Assembly: GCA_020054475.1 (NCBI GenBank)
Contig: JAHWGJ010000002.1
Coordinates: 38,100 to 102,099 of the forward strand
Reading direction: 5' to 3'
DNA: 64,000 nt
Source: Thermoplasmata archaeon
Lineage (GTDB): Archaea > Thermoplasmatota > E2 > DHVEG-1
The notes below the pieces were generated by a model. That model was not told the DNA's origin. It saw nothing but the letters and a program-made list of their open reading frames with translations, and ran no database searches. Shown one piece after another: positions 24,033 to 33,419 of this stretch. A program made the translations under genes and the position numbers. Each line of letters starts with the position of its first letter. Position 1 is the first letter of the stretch.

Positions 24033-25643
24033 TCATAGATATTTTGAGAGAATTGGTTCAAGAATTGGAAAACGAAGTATTAATTGATTAATTAGTATCT
24101 GTAAAGTATTATATGAGTGAGGCATACTGATTACAAGTGGATCTGACCATTCACTCTCACCCCCATGAATGTCCTTAGTTTTTGCTTTTATTTCATAATT
24201 CCCTCTACGAGTCCAAGTGTGAGATTCACTGCACTCTTCTCCAGAATCATAAGGTCCAATCCATTCCCTTTCAGTTCCATCATCCCAATCAAACTTATAG
24301 TAAATCTGATCTCCATCAGAATCATTTCCTATGCAAGTGTAACCATACTCTTCGCCTATCTTACCTTGTGAAGAACCAGATGGAGCTGATGGTTTATCTG
24401 GTCTTGAATTTTCAAAAGCAGCAAATTTTACTAACCATACATCTCTATTACCTGAACCATATGATTCGGTAAATCCAGCAATGATATATCCTCCATCAGA
24501 GGTTTGATGTACTTCAAATCCTTCATCTATATCAGTTCCTCCGAACATTACGCTCCATTCCGTGTTACCATAAATATCAGTCTTAATTAAAACAGCATCA
24601 TTTGAAATAAACCCAGTAACGATGAATCCTCCATCTTGAGTCTGTTCCACAGAGGTTCCAGAGTCAAAAGAATCTTGTTCTCCAAAATACTTACTCCATT
24701 CTTCATTTCCATTACTATCAATCTTTATTAAAGAAAGATCCTCCTCCTCATCAGAAGAATAAATTTGTGACTGCCCCGTGAGAATATAACCACCATCAAT
24801 CGTCTGCTGAATCCAAAGACAGCTATCTAGATATGATCCACCAATAAACGGTTTATTCCATTGTGTCTCACCATTACTATCAGTTTTAATAACTAAAACA
24901 TTACTAGATGTCCAACTATTATCTAAATAATTCCGCCCCGTTACAATATATCCTCCATCATCAGTCTGTTGTACTGACATTAAATATTCACCACCAATTG
25001 AATCACCAAAAGTTTTATTCCAATCCTCATTACCATTACTATCTGTTTTAATCAACCAGCCGTCACTACCACCTGAACCATAAGAACGAGTTGATCCCGC
25101 AATAATATAACCACTATCAGATGTCTGATGAACTGAAACACCTTGATCATCATCTGACCCTCCAAAAGTTTTATTCCAAACCTCATTACCATTACTATTC
25201 GTTTTACTCAGCCATATATCCATATTCCCAGCGCCAAAAGACGTTGTCAATCCAGTAAGTATATATCCTTCATCTAATGTCAGACTCACATCACCAAACC
25301 TGTCAATCCCAGATCCTCCAAAAGTTATATTCCAAACATCATTACCATTACTATCTGTTTTAATCAACCAGCCATCACCTCCAGTATCCCACCAAATAGC
25401 ATCTCTCCCTCCTGCAATGATAAATCCATTATCAAATGTTGGTTTAACACTTAGTCCAACATCAAACATCGATCCACCAAATGTTTTGTTCCACTCCTCT
25501 TCTGGACCATTAACCGAATTAATATGATACCCAAAAATATTTTTAACAGGTAAGGAATCTTTTTCTATTATTGATAAAGATGCAGTATCAACAATACAAA
25601 AACAAAGTATAAATACACTAAATATTGGTATTATTTTTTTCAT
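24033..25643 (-). CDS. secreted beta-propeller-repeat protein with the shared C-terminal PKD-like/SMP tail module
   Basis: 536 aa. Signal peptide, then about 7 repeats of the type GG..D.G.SV.QT.DGGYI..G.T.SYG.G..D.WL.KTDSNGN..WNKTFGG. Ends with ..YYKFDWDDG..GPYDSGEE..GNYEIKAKTKD..SEWSDPLVISMPHS..LILRFPILEPILSKYL. Its ATG overlaps the upstream stop (ATGA). Confidence 0.85.
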   Translation of the reverse strand: MKKIIPIFSVFILCFCIVDTASLSIIEKDSLPVKNIFGYHINSVNGPEEEWNKTFGGSMFDVGLSVKPTFDNGFIIAGGRDAIWWDTGGDGWLIKTDSNGNDVWNITFGGSGIDRFGDVSLTLDEGYILTGLTTSFGAGNMDIWLSKTNSNGNEVWNKTFGGSDDDQGVSVHQTSDSGYIIAGSTRSYGSGGSDGWLIKTDSNGNEDWNKTFGDSIGGEYLMSVQQTDDGGYIVTGRNYLDNSWTSSNVLVIKTDSNGETQWNKPFIGGSYLDSCLWIQQTIDGGYILTGQSQIYSSDEEEDLSLIKIDSNGNEEWSKYFGEQDSFDSGTSVEQTQDGGFIVTGFISNDAVLIKTDIYGNTEWSVMFGGTDIDEGFEVHQTSDGGYIIAGFTESYGSGNRDVWLVKFAAFENSRPDKPSAPSGSSQGKIGEEYGYTCIGNDSDGDQIYYKFDWDDGTEREWIGPYDSGEECSESHTWTRRGNYEIKAKTKDIHGGESEWSDPLVISMPHSYNTLQILINQLILRFPILEPILSKYL

Positions 25644-27832
25644 ATTTTAAACTCCAAAATTATCTTGAAAAAATTAAAAAATTGAGATTTCCCCCAAAAC
25701 CTATACAGTAATTTTAATAAACCTATATTTTCAAATTCTATACTTTTTGGCATACTAACTGTTAGAGGATCTGACCAGTCGCTTTGAACTCCGTTTTCAT
25801 CTTTTGCTTTAGCTTTAACTTGGTATCGTCCTTTATTGGCCCATGAATGATTCGCCTCTACCTGCTCTCCTGAATTATAAGGACCAATCCAGCCAGATAA
25901 ATTATCATCGCCCCAATTAAAAAGATAATATAGATCGTCTCCATCGGGATCAGTCGTTGATGATGAATATGAGTATAATATATCTGGTTCTACTGAAGAT
26001 TGACCTGATGGTTTTGCTGGTTTTTCTGGAACTTGAGAATGTTCTCCAATTACAAGTGTTGGATCTCCAAAGGATTGCCATGATTCAAGCGTAGCATAAT
26101 CACGAACCTCCATACTAGGATAAATATAATCCTCTATGGCCATAACCCACATTTCTCCAAATGTTATTGAATCTCCTTTATTTACACACTCTTTGTATGC
26201 TTCAAATATATTCATTGTAATTTCTTCAATAAATCCACCTGTTATACCTCTTCCACCCCCATTAGCATAACCAAAGGTAGTAACACCAAAAGAACCTATA
26301 CCACCACCATTAGGATTGGAAAGAAACGACCAACCAAAACAATTATCGATTACATTGTATTTACAAGTAGAACAAGCACCAAGAACAATAATGGGAAGTT
26401 TTTCATTATTTGTTAATTTTGCAGAATGTATATTAGAATATCCCCCAGGTATTGGAAGCCATTTGGATTCATCACCATGAGGATGTGTCGCCCATAAATT
26501 AGGATCACCATGCCCAGAAAAGTCAACAAATCCACATCCTTCATTGATGATATTAGATATTTCGTTGTTAAAAAAGACATTATCATCTAACATTCCCTTA
26601 GAAGCCCATATCCGCTTTGGGATAAAACCATCAAGGATACCAATTACAATATCATTTACATATTCTCCTTCATCAACCATCCAAGTATCATCAGTAAAGG
26701 TATCCCCTCCAATTACAACCAAATCAGTAAACCAATCTTTTGTAGATGCTCTATCTGTTTCATAATTAGTAATTTTCTCCACACATGTTTTTACTTCGGT
26801 TTCATTAATACAAGCAATTCGACCTATAGAAATATCAGGGTAGAGATCAACATCATCTGTTAAATGAGAATCGCCCCAATCATACTCAGCAAATACATTG
26901 TTTTGGTTTGTATCCCAACTTGCAAAATAACCATCAGCATCATATATATCAGCATAATAGAGATCGCTAATGAAGGATTCATCAACATCAAAATATTCTA
27001 AATATACATGTGTTTCTCTCGCTGGAAATGAATGATACCCACCGACTAATAATACTGAAGAAATACCCCATTGCTCTATAGCATTTTTAATAAAATATTT
27101 AACTTTCTCTGGATTATCTCGACCTTCAACGAGAAAGTACTGACTATCATATATTTCATTAAGAGCAACAAGTTTGGTTTCAATCCCTCTGTTATTCTTA
27201 TGATTGACCAAATCCTCTAATTCATCCGCATATTCAGAAGGGGAGAGAATAATATAATCATACACATCGGAGGATGATAAAGGTTGTTCAGATTCTTTGT
27301 ATTCTATTTCAATATCGATTTGTTCAACCCAATCTATAATGTTTTCGGAAGGATGATATTGAACTGGAAAAACCTGTACTTTAACAAACACGTTTATATC
27401 ATCTTTATTCAAACCAGTTCCAATATTATACTTATACCATTCAGAAGGGGCTATTGGAGATGAATCTGTTTTTATATTTTTTTGAATATTAGTATGCTCT
27501 AAAAGAATGGGCTCTGGTGCCACCATTATTTCTTTTGTTAATGTTTCTCTATGAATATTTCCAGGTTGGCATTTTATACTTTTAATTTGTGTTCCAAAAG
27601 GAAAGGTAAAGGTTTCAATTCTTGTTGGAACAATATAATGATTATATTTCATCAGTTTTGAATTTGCACCTTCAAGGTCTAATGAGATATATTCTTCATT
27701 CTCCTGTATCGAAAGTTGTGAAAAGGATAAAGTAATTTTTTCTTGTTTGAGTTCATCATCTGTTAAAGCAATAGCTCCAAATCCACTAAAAATAATAAAT
27801 CCAATTACTAATACTATGAATATTTTCTTCAT
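25640..27832 (-). CDS. secreted peptidase C25 (gingipain-like) with the shared PKD-like/SMP tail module
   Basis: C25 propeptide-like N-terminus, LLVGG, DFSGHGDPNLW (His) and IIVLGACSTCKY (Cys). C-terminus ..YYLFNWGDD..GPYNSGEQ..GRYQVKAKAKD..SDWSDPLTVSMPKS..LLYRFWGK. Start set at the internal ATG 27832 (MKKIFIVLV signal), which forms an ATGA overlap with the upstream stop. Confidence 0.85.
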   Translation of the reverse strand: MKKIFIVLVIGFIIFSGFGAIALTDDELKQEKITLSFSQLSIQENEEYISLDLEGANSKLMKYNHYIVPTRIETFTFPFGTQIKSIKCQPGNIHRETLTKEIMVAPEPILLEHTNIQKNIKTDSSPIAPSEWYKYNIGTGLNKDDINVFVKVQVFPVQYHPSENIIDWVEQIDIEIEYKESEQPLSSSDVYDYIILSPSEYADELEDLVNHKNNRGIETKLVALNEIYDSQYFLVEGRDNPEKVKYFIKNAIEQWGISSVLLVGGYHSFPARETHVYLEYFDVDESFISDLYYADIYDADGYFASWDTNQNNVFAEYDWGDSHLTDDVDLYPDISIGRIACINETEVKTCVEKITNYETDRASTKDWFTDLVVIGGDTFTDDTWMVDEGEYVNDIVIGILDGFIPKRIWASKGMLDDNVFFNNEISNIINEGCGFVDFSGHGDPNLWATHPHGDESKWLPIPGGYSNIHSAKLTNNEKLPIIVLGACSTCKYNVIDNCFGWSFLSNPNGGGIGSFGVTTFGYANGGGRGITGGFIEEITMNIFEAYKECVNKGDSITFGEMWVMAIEDYIYPSMEVRDYATLESWQSFGDPTLVIGEHSQVPEKPAKPSGQSSVEPDILYSYSSSTTDPDGDDLYYLFNWGDDNLSGWIGPYNSGEQVEANHSWANKGRYQVKAKAKDENGVQSDWSDPLTVSMPKSIEFENIGLLKLLYRFWGKSQFFNFFKIILEFKI

Positions 27833-29124
27833 ATTTTTATACCCCCAATAGCTTTTTTGCATAAGATATTGAATAATATTAAAGCTGCTCTATTACTAAA
27901 AAGTGTCCCAGTATTTGGTAAATTATTTACAAAAAATATTACACCCGTATCATTATAAGAGCAAGGGTAATACATGAAAGTCCATACACCAAAATTTCCA
28001 CCATTATGACCTGCAAGTTTTTCCTTACAAAATGAATAATCCATTTCTACCCATGCTAACCCGTAATCAGTTGTTTGAGAATCATCAAAATCAGGTGGTT
28101 GTATTCTATGCATCTCTATAATAGTATCTTTTTCAAGAATACTAATACCTTTGTAAACGCCATCGTTCATATGGGCGATTAAAAAATGTGAAAGGTCTAT
28201 AACAGTTGTATATAAACCACCAACAGGATAATGAAGCATTCGATGATATTTACTATCCGCAAATCCTTGTAGTGTATCAATTGTTAAATATTCCCCGTTT
28301 GAATAATAATATGGAATTGCAACATCATCAATATTTAAAGATGAAAGATTAAAACTAGTTTCATACATCATTAAAGGTAAAAAGATATGTTCATCGCAAT
28401 AATCAATGAAAGATTCTCCAGAAATTAATTCAACGAGATACGCAACTATATCAAAGTTTATATTCGCATAAATATGATACTCACCAGGTGGATCCTCAGG
28501 GTTCCAATATCCATAAAATGGAGGATCATACCATTTCCCATCTGGAGTTAAATAATCGATTATCCATGGGAAAGGATAGAAGGAAAATGGTGGATCACCC
28601 GAGAAATTAAACCAATACCATGGATGATAATCATCTATCAAAATTTCTGGAGCTAAACCAGAAGAATGCGAAAGCAACATCCGAAAAGTAATAGGAACAT
28701 CAGGGAAATTAGGATTTCTCAGAGTAAAGGATAGGTAATCATTGACATCATCATCAAGATCGAAAAATCCTTGTTCATAGAGTTGCATCAATGCTGTACC
28801 AGTAATTGTTTTAGATATTGAACCGATGTTGTAAATAGTGTATCTTGTGGAAGGTTTTTCATTTTCAAGATCATAAGAACCATAACCCTTTGACCATACT
28901 ACCTCATCATTATCAATAATACATGCTGAAAGGGATGGAAAATGAGCGAGTTTCATAAGGATAGTAACAACCTTATCAAAAAATATGTCATTTGAACCAG
29001 TTCTTTGTTCTACAAAATCATTTTCATAATAAGCGTATACCATTGCAGGTATTACAGAGAATACCATCAAAACTGCAATAAGCGAAACAACAGCTTTTTT
29101 ATATATTTCCATTTTTATTTTCAT
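27829..29124 (-). CDS. secreted beta-lactamase-fold serine hydrolase (class C / D-aminopeptidase-like)
   Basis: S-x-x-K motif (GSISKTITG), Y-x-N (YANIN) and an HNGG box. Signal/TM segment VVSLIAVLMVFSVIPAMVYA. Start set at ATG 29124, preceded by a GGAGGC RBS. Confidence 0.85.
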   Translation of the reverse strand: MKIKMEIYKKAVVSLIAVLMVFSVIPAMVYAYYENDFVEQRTGSNDIFFDKVVTILMKLAHFPSLSACIIDNDEVVWSKGYGSYDLENEKPSTRYTIYNIGSISKTITGTALMQLYEQGFFDLDDDVNDYLSFTLRNPNFPDVPITFRMLLSHSSGLAPEILIDDYHPWYWFNFSGDPPFSFYPFPWIIDYLTPDGKWYDPPFYGYWNPEDPPGEYHIYANINFDIVAYLVELISGESFIDYCDEHIFLPLMMYETSFNLSSLNIDDVAIPYYYSNGEYLTIDTLQGFADSKYHRMLHYPVGGLYTTVIDLSHFLIAHMNDGVYKGISILEKDTIIEMHRIQPPDFDDSQTTDYGLAWVEMDYSFCKEKLAGHNGGNFGVWTFMYYPCSYNDTGVIFFVNNLPNTGTLFSNRAALILFNILCKKAIGGIKI

Positions 29125-29399
29125 ATTTTTGCCTCCGCCATATAATCTTATATCAAAGAAATTGGATATATTATTATCAAGAAAAATCAACGTAATATAA
29201 GATAAGAATCATACTTGTAAAAATTAATAAAATTATTAACAAAATAAACTTTATTTTATTATTTTTTATTTTTTCCAATATTTTCTGATAATCATACATC
29301 TTTTTTTCTCCATTTTTTTATTATTTCTATTTATTCAAATCCAACAAATTTGATTTGACTCTACCAATTTCAATAGATTACAAATGATTTGTTTTAAAT

Positions 29400-29504
29400 T
29401 CAACTCATTCCCCCTGTAGCAAAAAATATTATTCCTCCAATTATGAAAGATACAACCATAATTATGAATAAACGTAATATTATCTTCTCAATATTAAATT
29501 TCAT
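29400..29504 (-). CDS. possible 34-aa single-pass membrane peptide
   Basis: [34 protein letters not shown]. Its ATG overlaps the end of the DUF1700-like gene. Below the ORF-track size cut-off. Confidence 0.3.
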   Translation of the reverse strand: MKFNIEKIILRLFIIMVVSFIIGGIIFFATGGMS

Positions 29505-30087
29505 TTAACTCCCCTGTAATTATTTTTATATTCATTTTTAGATATTTTATTATGATATTGTAAAACCATCTTGCAATATATCCATTAGCAATGAAAAATA
29601 ATAATCCAAACGCAGTTATTCCAAATCCTAAAAAGAATAATGCTATTGGATTTATTCCCCCTAGAGTTATACTTTCAATATATGGTGAAATAAAGGGTGA
29701 AACAATTGAAGCGATTCCTGCAAATATAATTGCTCCAGCTGCTAAAAAAAATCCAAATAAAAGAAATGATAATCCTATAAGTATTACTGACATAAATATT
29801 AAATTAAAAAATCCCAAACCAATTGTTGCATAAATAGCCCTTAAAAAATTAATAAGGGAGGATTTTTCTTCTGCTCGTCTTACAAGAAGATATGCTTTAG
29901 CATGTTTTGCAATAGTCTTTGGAGTTCCTAGGGATTCTACTATTTCTTCTTCATTTCTTCCTTTACTTAAGCCAATCTCAAAATGCTCTTCAAAATCTTC
30001 TATTATAGAATCAAAATCTTCCTTTGGTAATTGTTTTAGTTCTTCTCTAAATTCTTTAAAAAATTGCTTTTTATTCAAGCAAATCAC
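29494..30087 (-). CDS. DUF1700-like membrane protein (PadR partner)
   Basis: Soluble N-terminus [56 protein letters not shown] followed by 3-4 TM helices, overlapping the padR stop. Start uncertain (GTG 30087 or TTG 30078). Confidence 0.7.
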   Translation of the reverse strand: MICLNKKQFFKEFREELKQLPKEDFDSIIEDFEEHFEIGLSKGRNEEEIVESLGTPKTIAKHAKAYLLVRRAEEKSSLINFLRAIYATIGLGFFNLIFMSVILIGLSFLLFGFFLAAGAIIFAGIASIVSPFISPYIESITLGGINPIALFFLGFGITAFGLLFFIANGYIARWFYNIIIKYLKMNIKIITGELNEI

Positions 30088-30391
30088 CTTCTAATAAAAT
30101 ATTTACTTTTAGATTAAATTCATTCCAATCTTTTCTTAATCTTTGACTTTGTTTTTTCCCCTTTAAAGTAACTTGATAATATTTTCTTGGAGGTCCTTCT
30201 TTTGATTCTCTAAGATAAGTATTTACAAATCCATCCACTTTTAATCGTCGTAATAATGGATAAATAGTTCCTTCAGATATTGAAATATTTTTAGAAATCT
30301 CAGTGACAAGTTCATATCCATAATAGTCCTTTTTTTGTAGATAAGTAAGTACGCATAACTCCAATACTCCTTTCTTAAATTGTGTATCCAT
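30071..30391 (-). CDS. padR: PadR-family transcriptional regulator
   Basis: 106-aa winged helix: [17 protein letters not shown]...I........[16 protein letters not shown]. Confidence 0.9.
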   Translation of the reverse strand: MDTQFKKGVLELCVLTYLQKKDYYGYELVTEISKNISISEGTIYPLLRRLKVDGFVNTYLRESKEGPPRKYYQVTLKGKKQSQRLRKDWNEFNLKVNILLEGDLLE

Positions 30392-30480
30392 ATTGCATCT
30401 ATCTTTTAATAACAGGTATTATGTATTGCACAATAGTATATATGTTGAATTAATATAAATAGTTATTCATACAATCGATA

Positions 30481-30562
30481 TTTTGTCTCTCAGGATGCTT
30501 CAAAATATGATGTCTATTAATATCATAATCAGCAAGCGATAATGTTACATATGTTGCAATAC
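30481..30562 (+). repeat. island intergenic repeat, copy A (full length)
   Basis: TTTTGTCTCTCAGGATGCTTCAAAATATGATG..ATCATAATCAGCAAGCGATAATGTTACATATGTTGCAATAC aligns with copies B and E. Confidence 0.8.
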
Positions 30563-30644
30563 ATTTTATATTATTAGCATATTTATACTTACCAAAAGAT
30601 TTATTACATATGTATTACACATATTATAGTAAAAGGGAACCTCT

Positions 30645-30845
30645 ATGCCAATGAAATGTCAAATATGTAGAAAATTTTTTGGAATTGTATATAAAAAACA
30701 TAAATTAAAAGATGGTAAAATTGTTTGTATTGACTGTTTAGAGAGAATACATGAAAAAAACCACCATTCTCAAGAAATGACAAAAAAACATATATGTAAA
30801 TATTGTAATAATAAAATTCATAGAGTAAGTAAAGGATGGTCATAG
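30645..30845 (+). CDS. small zinc-ribbon protein
   Basis: 66 aa with three CxxC pairs (CQIC, CIDC, CKYC), lying downstream of repeat copy A. The antisense ORF 30643-30879 is low-complexity junk. Confidence 0.4.
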   Translation: MPMKCQICRKFFGIVYKKHKLKDGKIVCIDCLERIHEKNHHSQEMTKKHICKYCNNKIHRVSKGWS

Positions 30846-30899
30846 TTGGATAGTTGAAAAATAATCCCGCGAATCTCACTTATAGAATTTCTAATATAA

Positions 30900-30923
30900 A
30901 CATCATATTCAGCAAGTAATAAT
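30900..30923 (+). repeat. island intergenic repeat, copy H (module 2 fragment)
   Basis: ACATCATATTCAGCAAGTAATAAT matches the core of copies A, B, E, F and G. Confidence 0.6.
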
Positions 30924-30926
30924 TCA

Positions 30927-31895
30927 TTAACCTTCTGGAAAAAATAGATACTTATGTACTTCTTTAAAATTAAAATATTTAAAATTTCTCATACTCCCAG
31001 GAAATTTATTATTAATTTCACCCATAATTTCATTTAGATGAGATAAATCTTTAACGAAAAATTCTAATTCTAAATGAGAAGAACCTGTTGTAAAATCAAT
31101 CGAAAAAAGATGAATGTTATTTTTAATATAATTTATAATTTTGTCACGTTGACTGTAGTCTTTCAAATAAATATCAAGTTTGAAATATTGATAACCGAGT
31201 TTAGTATGATCAATATTAGCTCTAAAACTTTTTATTATCTCAGTTTTTTTAAGTTTATTAATTCTATATTTTATTGCTTCAGGACTCATCCCAATTTTTC
31301 TAGATATATTTACTAAAGGAGTTCTCGCATTAGAAGAAATTATTTTTAATATTTCAATATCAATATCATCAACTTCAATAGGTTTGTTTCCACCCATAAC
31401 ATCAATATATTTTGAGTGTTCAATTTTATTTATATCTCCGAGTATAAATGATAATTTATGAGTTATATATTTTATATATAAGGAGAGAGTTTGATCTTGA
31501 AAATAATCACCATATTTTTTTAGAGTTTCTTGCCAATATTTATAAAAACCATTCTGATCTTTTATCCAAAATACAACCTCAAAATCATATCCACCTTGAA
31601 GTGAATAAACTACAACAGCTGATTTTGTTTTCACAAAATGATCAATTATCTCTTTTTTTATATTCTCTGTTAAGTATTGAAATATGAAATATATTCGTAT
31701 AACAGTATAACCTAAACGTATTCCATCTATAAATGTGTAATAATTTTGTATTATTCTATTTTTTTCTAGTTTTTTTATTCTATAATCAACTGAATTTTTT
31801 GATAGATTTACTTTTTTCCCTAATTGATTTAGTGATTGTCTAGCATTTAAACTTAATTGAAATAATATTTTTCTATCTTTTAAATCAATGTTCAT
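30927..31895 (-). CDS. tandem (duplicated) Lrp/AsnC-family transcriptional regulator
   Basis: 322 aa with two HTH_AsnC units (DLKDRKILFQLSLNARQSLNQLGKKVNLS.NSV.YRIKKL and DIDIEILKIISSNARTPLVNISRKIGMSPEAIKYRINKL), each followed by a RAM-like domain. Confidence 0.8.
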   Translation of the reverse strand: MNIDLKDRKILFQLSLNARQSLNQLGKKVNLSKNSVDYRIKKLEKNRIIQNYYTFIDGIRLGYTVIRIYFIFQYLTENIKKEIIDHFVKTKSAVVVYSLQGGYDFEVVFWIKDQNGFYKYWQETLKKYGDYFQDQTLSLYIKYITHKLSFILGDINKIEHSKYIDVMGGNKPIEVDDIDIEILKIISSNARTPLVNISRKIGMSPEAIKYRINKLKKTEIIKSFRANIDHTKLGYQYFKLDIYLKDYSQRDKIINYIKNNIHLFSIDFTTGSSHLELEFFVKDLSHLNEIMGEINNKFPGSMRNFKYFNFKEVHKYLFFPEG

Positions 31896-31995
31896 TTATA
31901 TAACAATACGTAATGTTATATATATAATAATTACGTTTTGTCAGAAAATATAGTAATTATAGTTTATATATGCTAATTTTGATAATAAAATAGGA

Positions 31996-32217
31996 ATGAA
32001 AAATATGGATAGAATAAATCTTACAATTGCTTTAATGTGGATATTTCTTATAATTACATTAATATTAAGTATTTTCTATAATTTAAATCTCTTCTTTTTT
32101 ATCATACTATTTTCTATAATTATTCTTTTAACAATTTTTCTTATTTTTGAATATCAACCTGACTCTAACCAGAATGAATCTGTAAAAAATAATGAAAGAA
32201 TCGAGGTGAAAAAATGA
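31996..32217 (+). CDS. small two-TM membrane protein
   Basis: 73 aa, two hydrophobic helices, and an ATGA overlap with the next gene. Confidence 0.45.
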   Translation: MKNMDRINLTIALMWIFLIITLILSIFYNLNLFFFIILFSIIILLTIFLIFEYQPDSNQNESVKNNERIEVKK

Positions 32218-33419
32218 AAAAAACAATATATTGTATTTTTGGAGTGATATTTCTTTTAATTTCGACAAGTTTTGGACTTGCATGTACTGGTTTTACAGCA
32301 TCGGATGATAATAAAGTTCTTGTTGGAATAAACGAGGACAACATTCCTTCAAGGAGATGGGTTGAAATATTTCCCCCTGATGAAGGGAAATTTGGAAAAA
32401 TCTTTTTTTGTTATCAAATAAATGGTCGTCAACAAGGCATGAATGATCAGGGATTATTTTGGGATGGCTTTTACGCTCCATATTTAGAGATTACAAAAGG
32501 TGAAGGTAAGATTTCAATTCCAGATAGACAATATTTTTTTAATAATACCTTGGCTGAGAATTGTTCAACCGTCTATGATGTTGTCGATCTTTTAAACCGC
32601 CATGACATACGTGATTTTAGATATGAGGAATTGCAGATATTGTTTGTTGATAGATTTGGAAACTCCATGATTTTCGAAGGTGATGAGTATGTGTTTAAAG
32701 AGGGAGATTACCAAGCGGTCACTAATTTTTATCAAACCCATCCTGAACTTGGCGGATATGGTTTTGATCGATATGAAACTGCTATTACCATGCTTGAAAA
32801 TATGAATGAATTATCTATGAATTATTTCCGTGACATTTGCGATGCGACACATCAGGAGTGGAATTATCCATATCCAAAGACAATTTATTCCCTTGTTTGT
32901 GATCTTACCCATAATAAAATAAATTATTACTATGAATATGATTATAGTAAAGTATGGGGGATTAATTTAACTGAATTATTCGAATATGGAAGAAATACAT
33001 ATGATGTTTTAAAAATCCTTAACAATCATAATCCAAATAAACCCTTTCGCCCTGATGGTCCAAAGAACGGTGAAACAAGTAAAGAATATAATTTTACAGC
33101 ATCAACATCTGATAACGATGGAAATCAGATTTATTATAAATGGGATTTCGGCGATGGAAATATAAGTGAATGGCTGGGTCCATATGATTCAAATGTAAAA
33201 TGTTATATTAATCATACATGGTACAATGAGGGACAATATAGTGTTAGAGTAATGGCAAGAGATACGAATTGTGGGAAAAGTGATTGGTCAAACCCTTTGG
33301 TAATTAGTATGCCAAAAAATTTACATCACATTAATACATTAATTGATATGATTAATTATTTTTTCAATAATTTTTATAAGTATTTCAAAAGTATTTTTTC
33401 GGTTGAGGTATACACATGA
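32214..33419 (+). CDS. secreted Cys-Ntn hydrolase (C45/C59 linear-amide hydrolase-like) with the shared PKD-like/SMP tail module
   Basis: The signal peptide ends ..SFGLA|CTGFTASDDNKVLVGINEDN, placing the nucleophile Cys right after the predicted cleavage site. C-terminus ..YYKWDFGDG..GPYDSN..GQYSVRVMARD..SDWSNPLVISMPKN.. Confidence 0.75.
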   Translation: MKKTIYCIFGVIFLLISTSFGLACTGFTASDDNKVLVGINEDNIPSRRWVEIFPPDEGKFGKIFFCYQINGRQQGMNDQGLFWDGFYAPYLEITKGEGKISIPDRQYFFNNTLAENCSTVYDVVDLLNRHDIRDFRYEELQILFVDRFGNSMIFEGDEYVFKEGDYQAVTNFYQTHPELGGYGFDRYETAITMLENMNELSMNYFRDICDATHQEWNYPYPKTIYSLVCDLTHNKINYYYEYDYSKVWGINLTELFEYGRNTYDVLKILNNHNPNKPFRPDGPKNGETSKEYNFTASTSDNDGNQIYYKWDFGDGNISEWLGPYDSNVKCYINHTWYNEGQYSVRVMARDTNCGKSDWSNPLVISMPKNLHHINTLIDMINYFFNNFYKYFKSIFSVEVYT

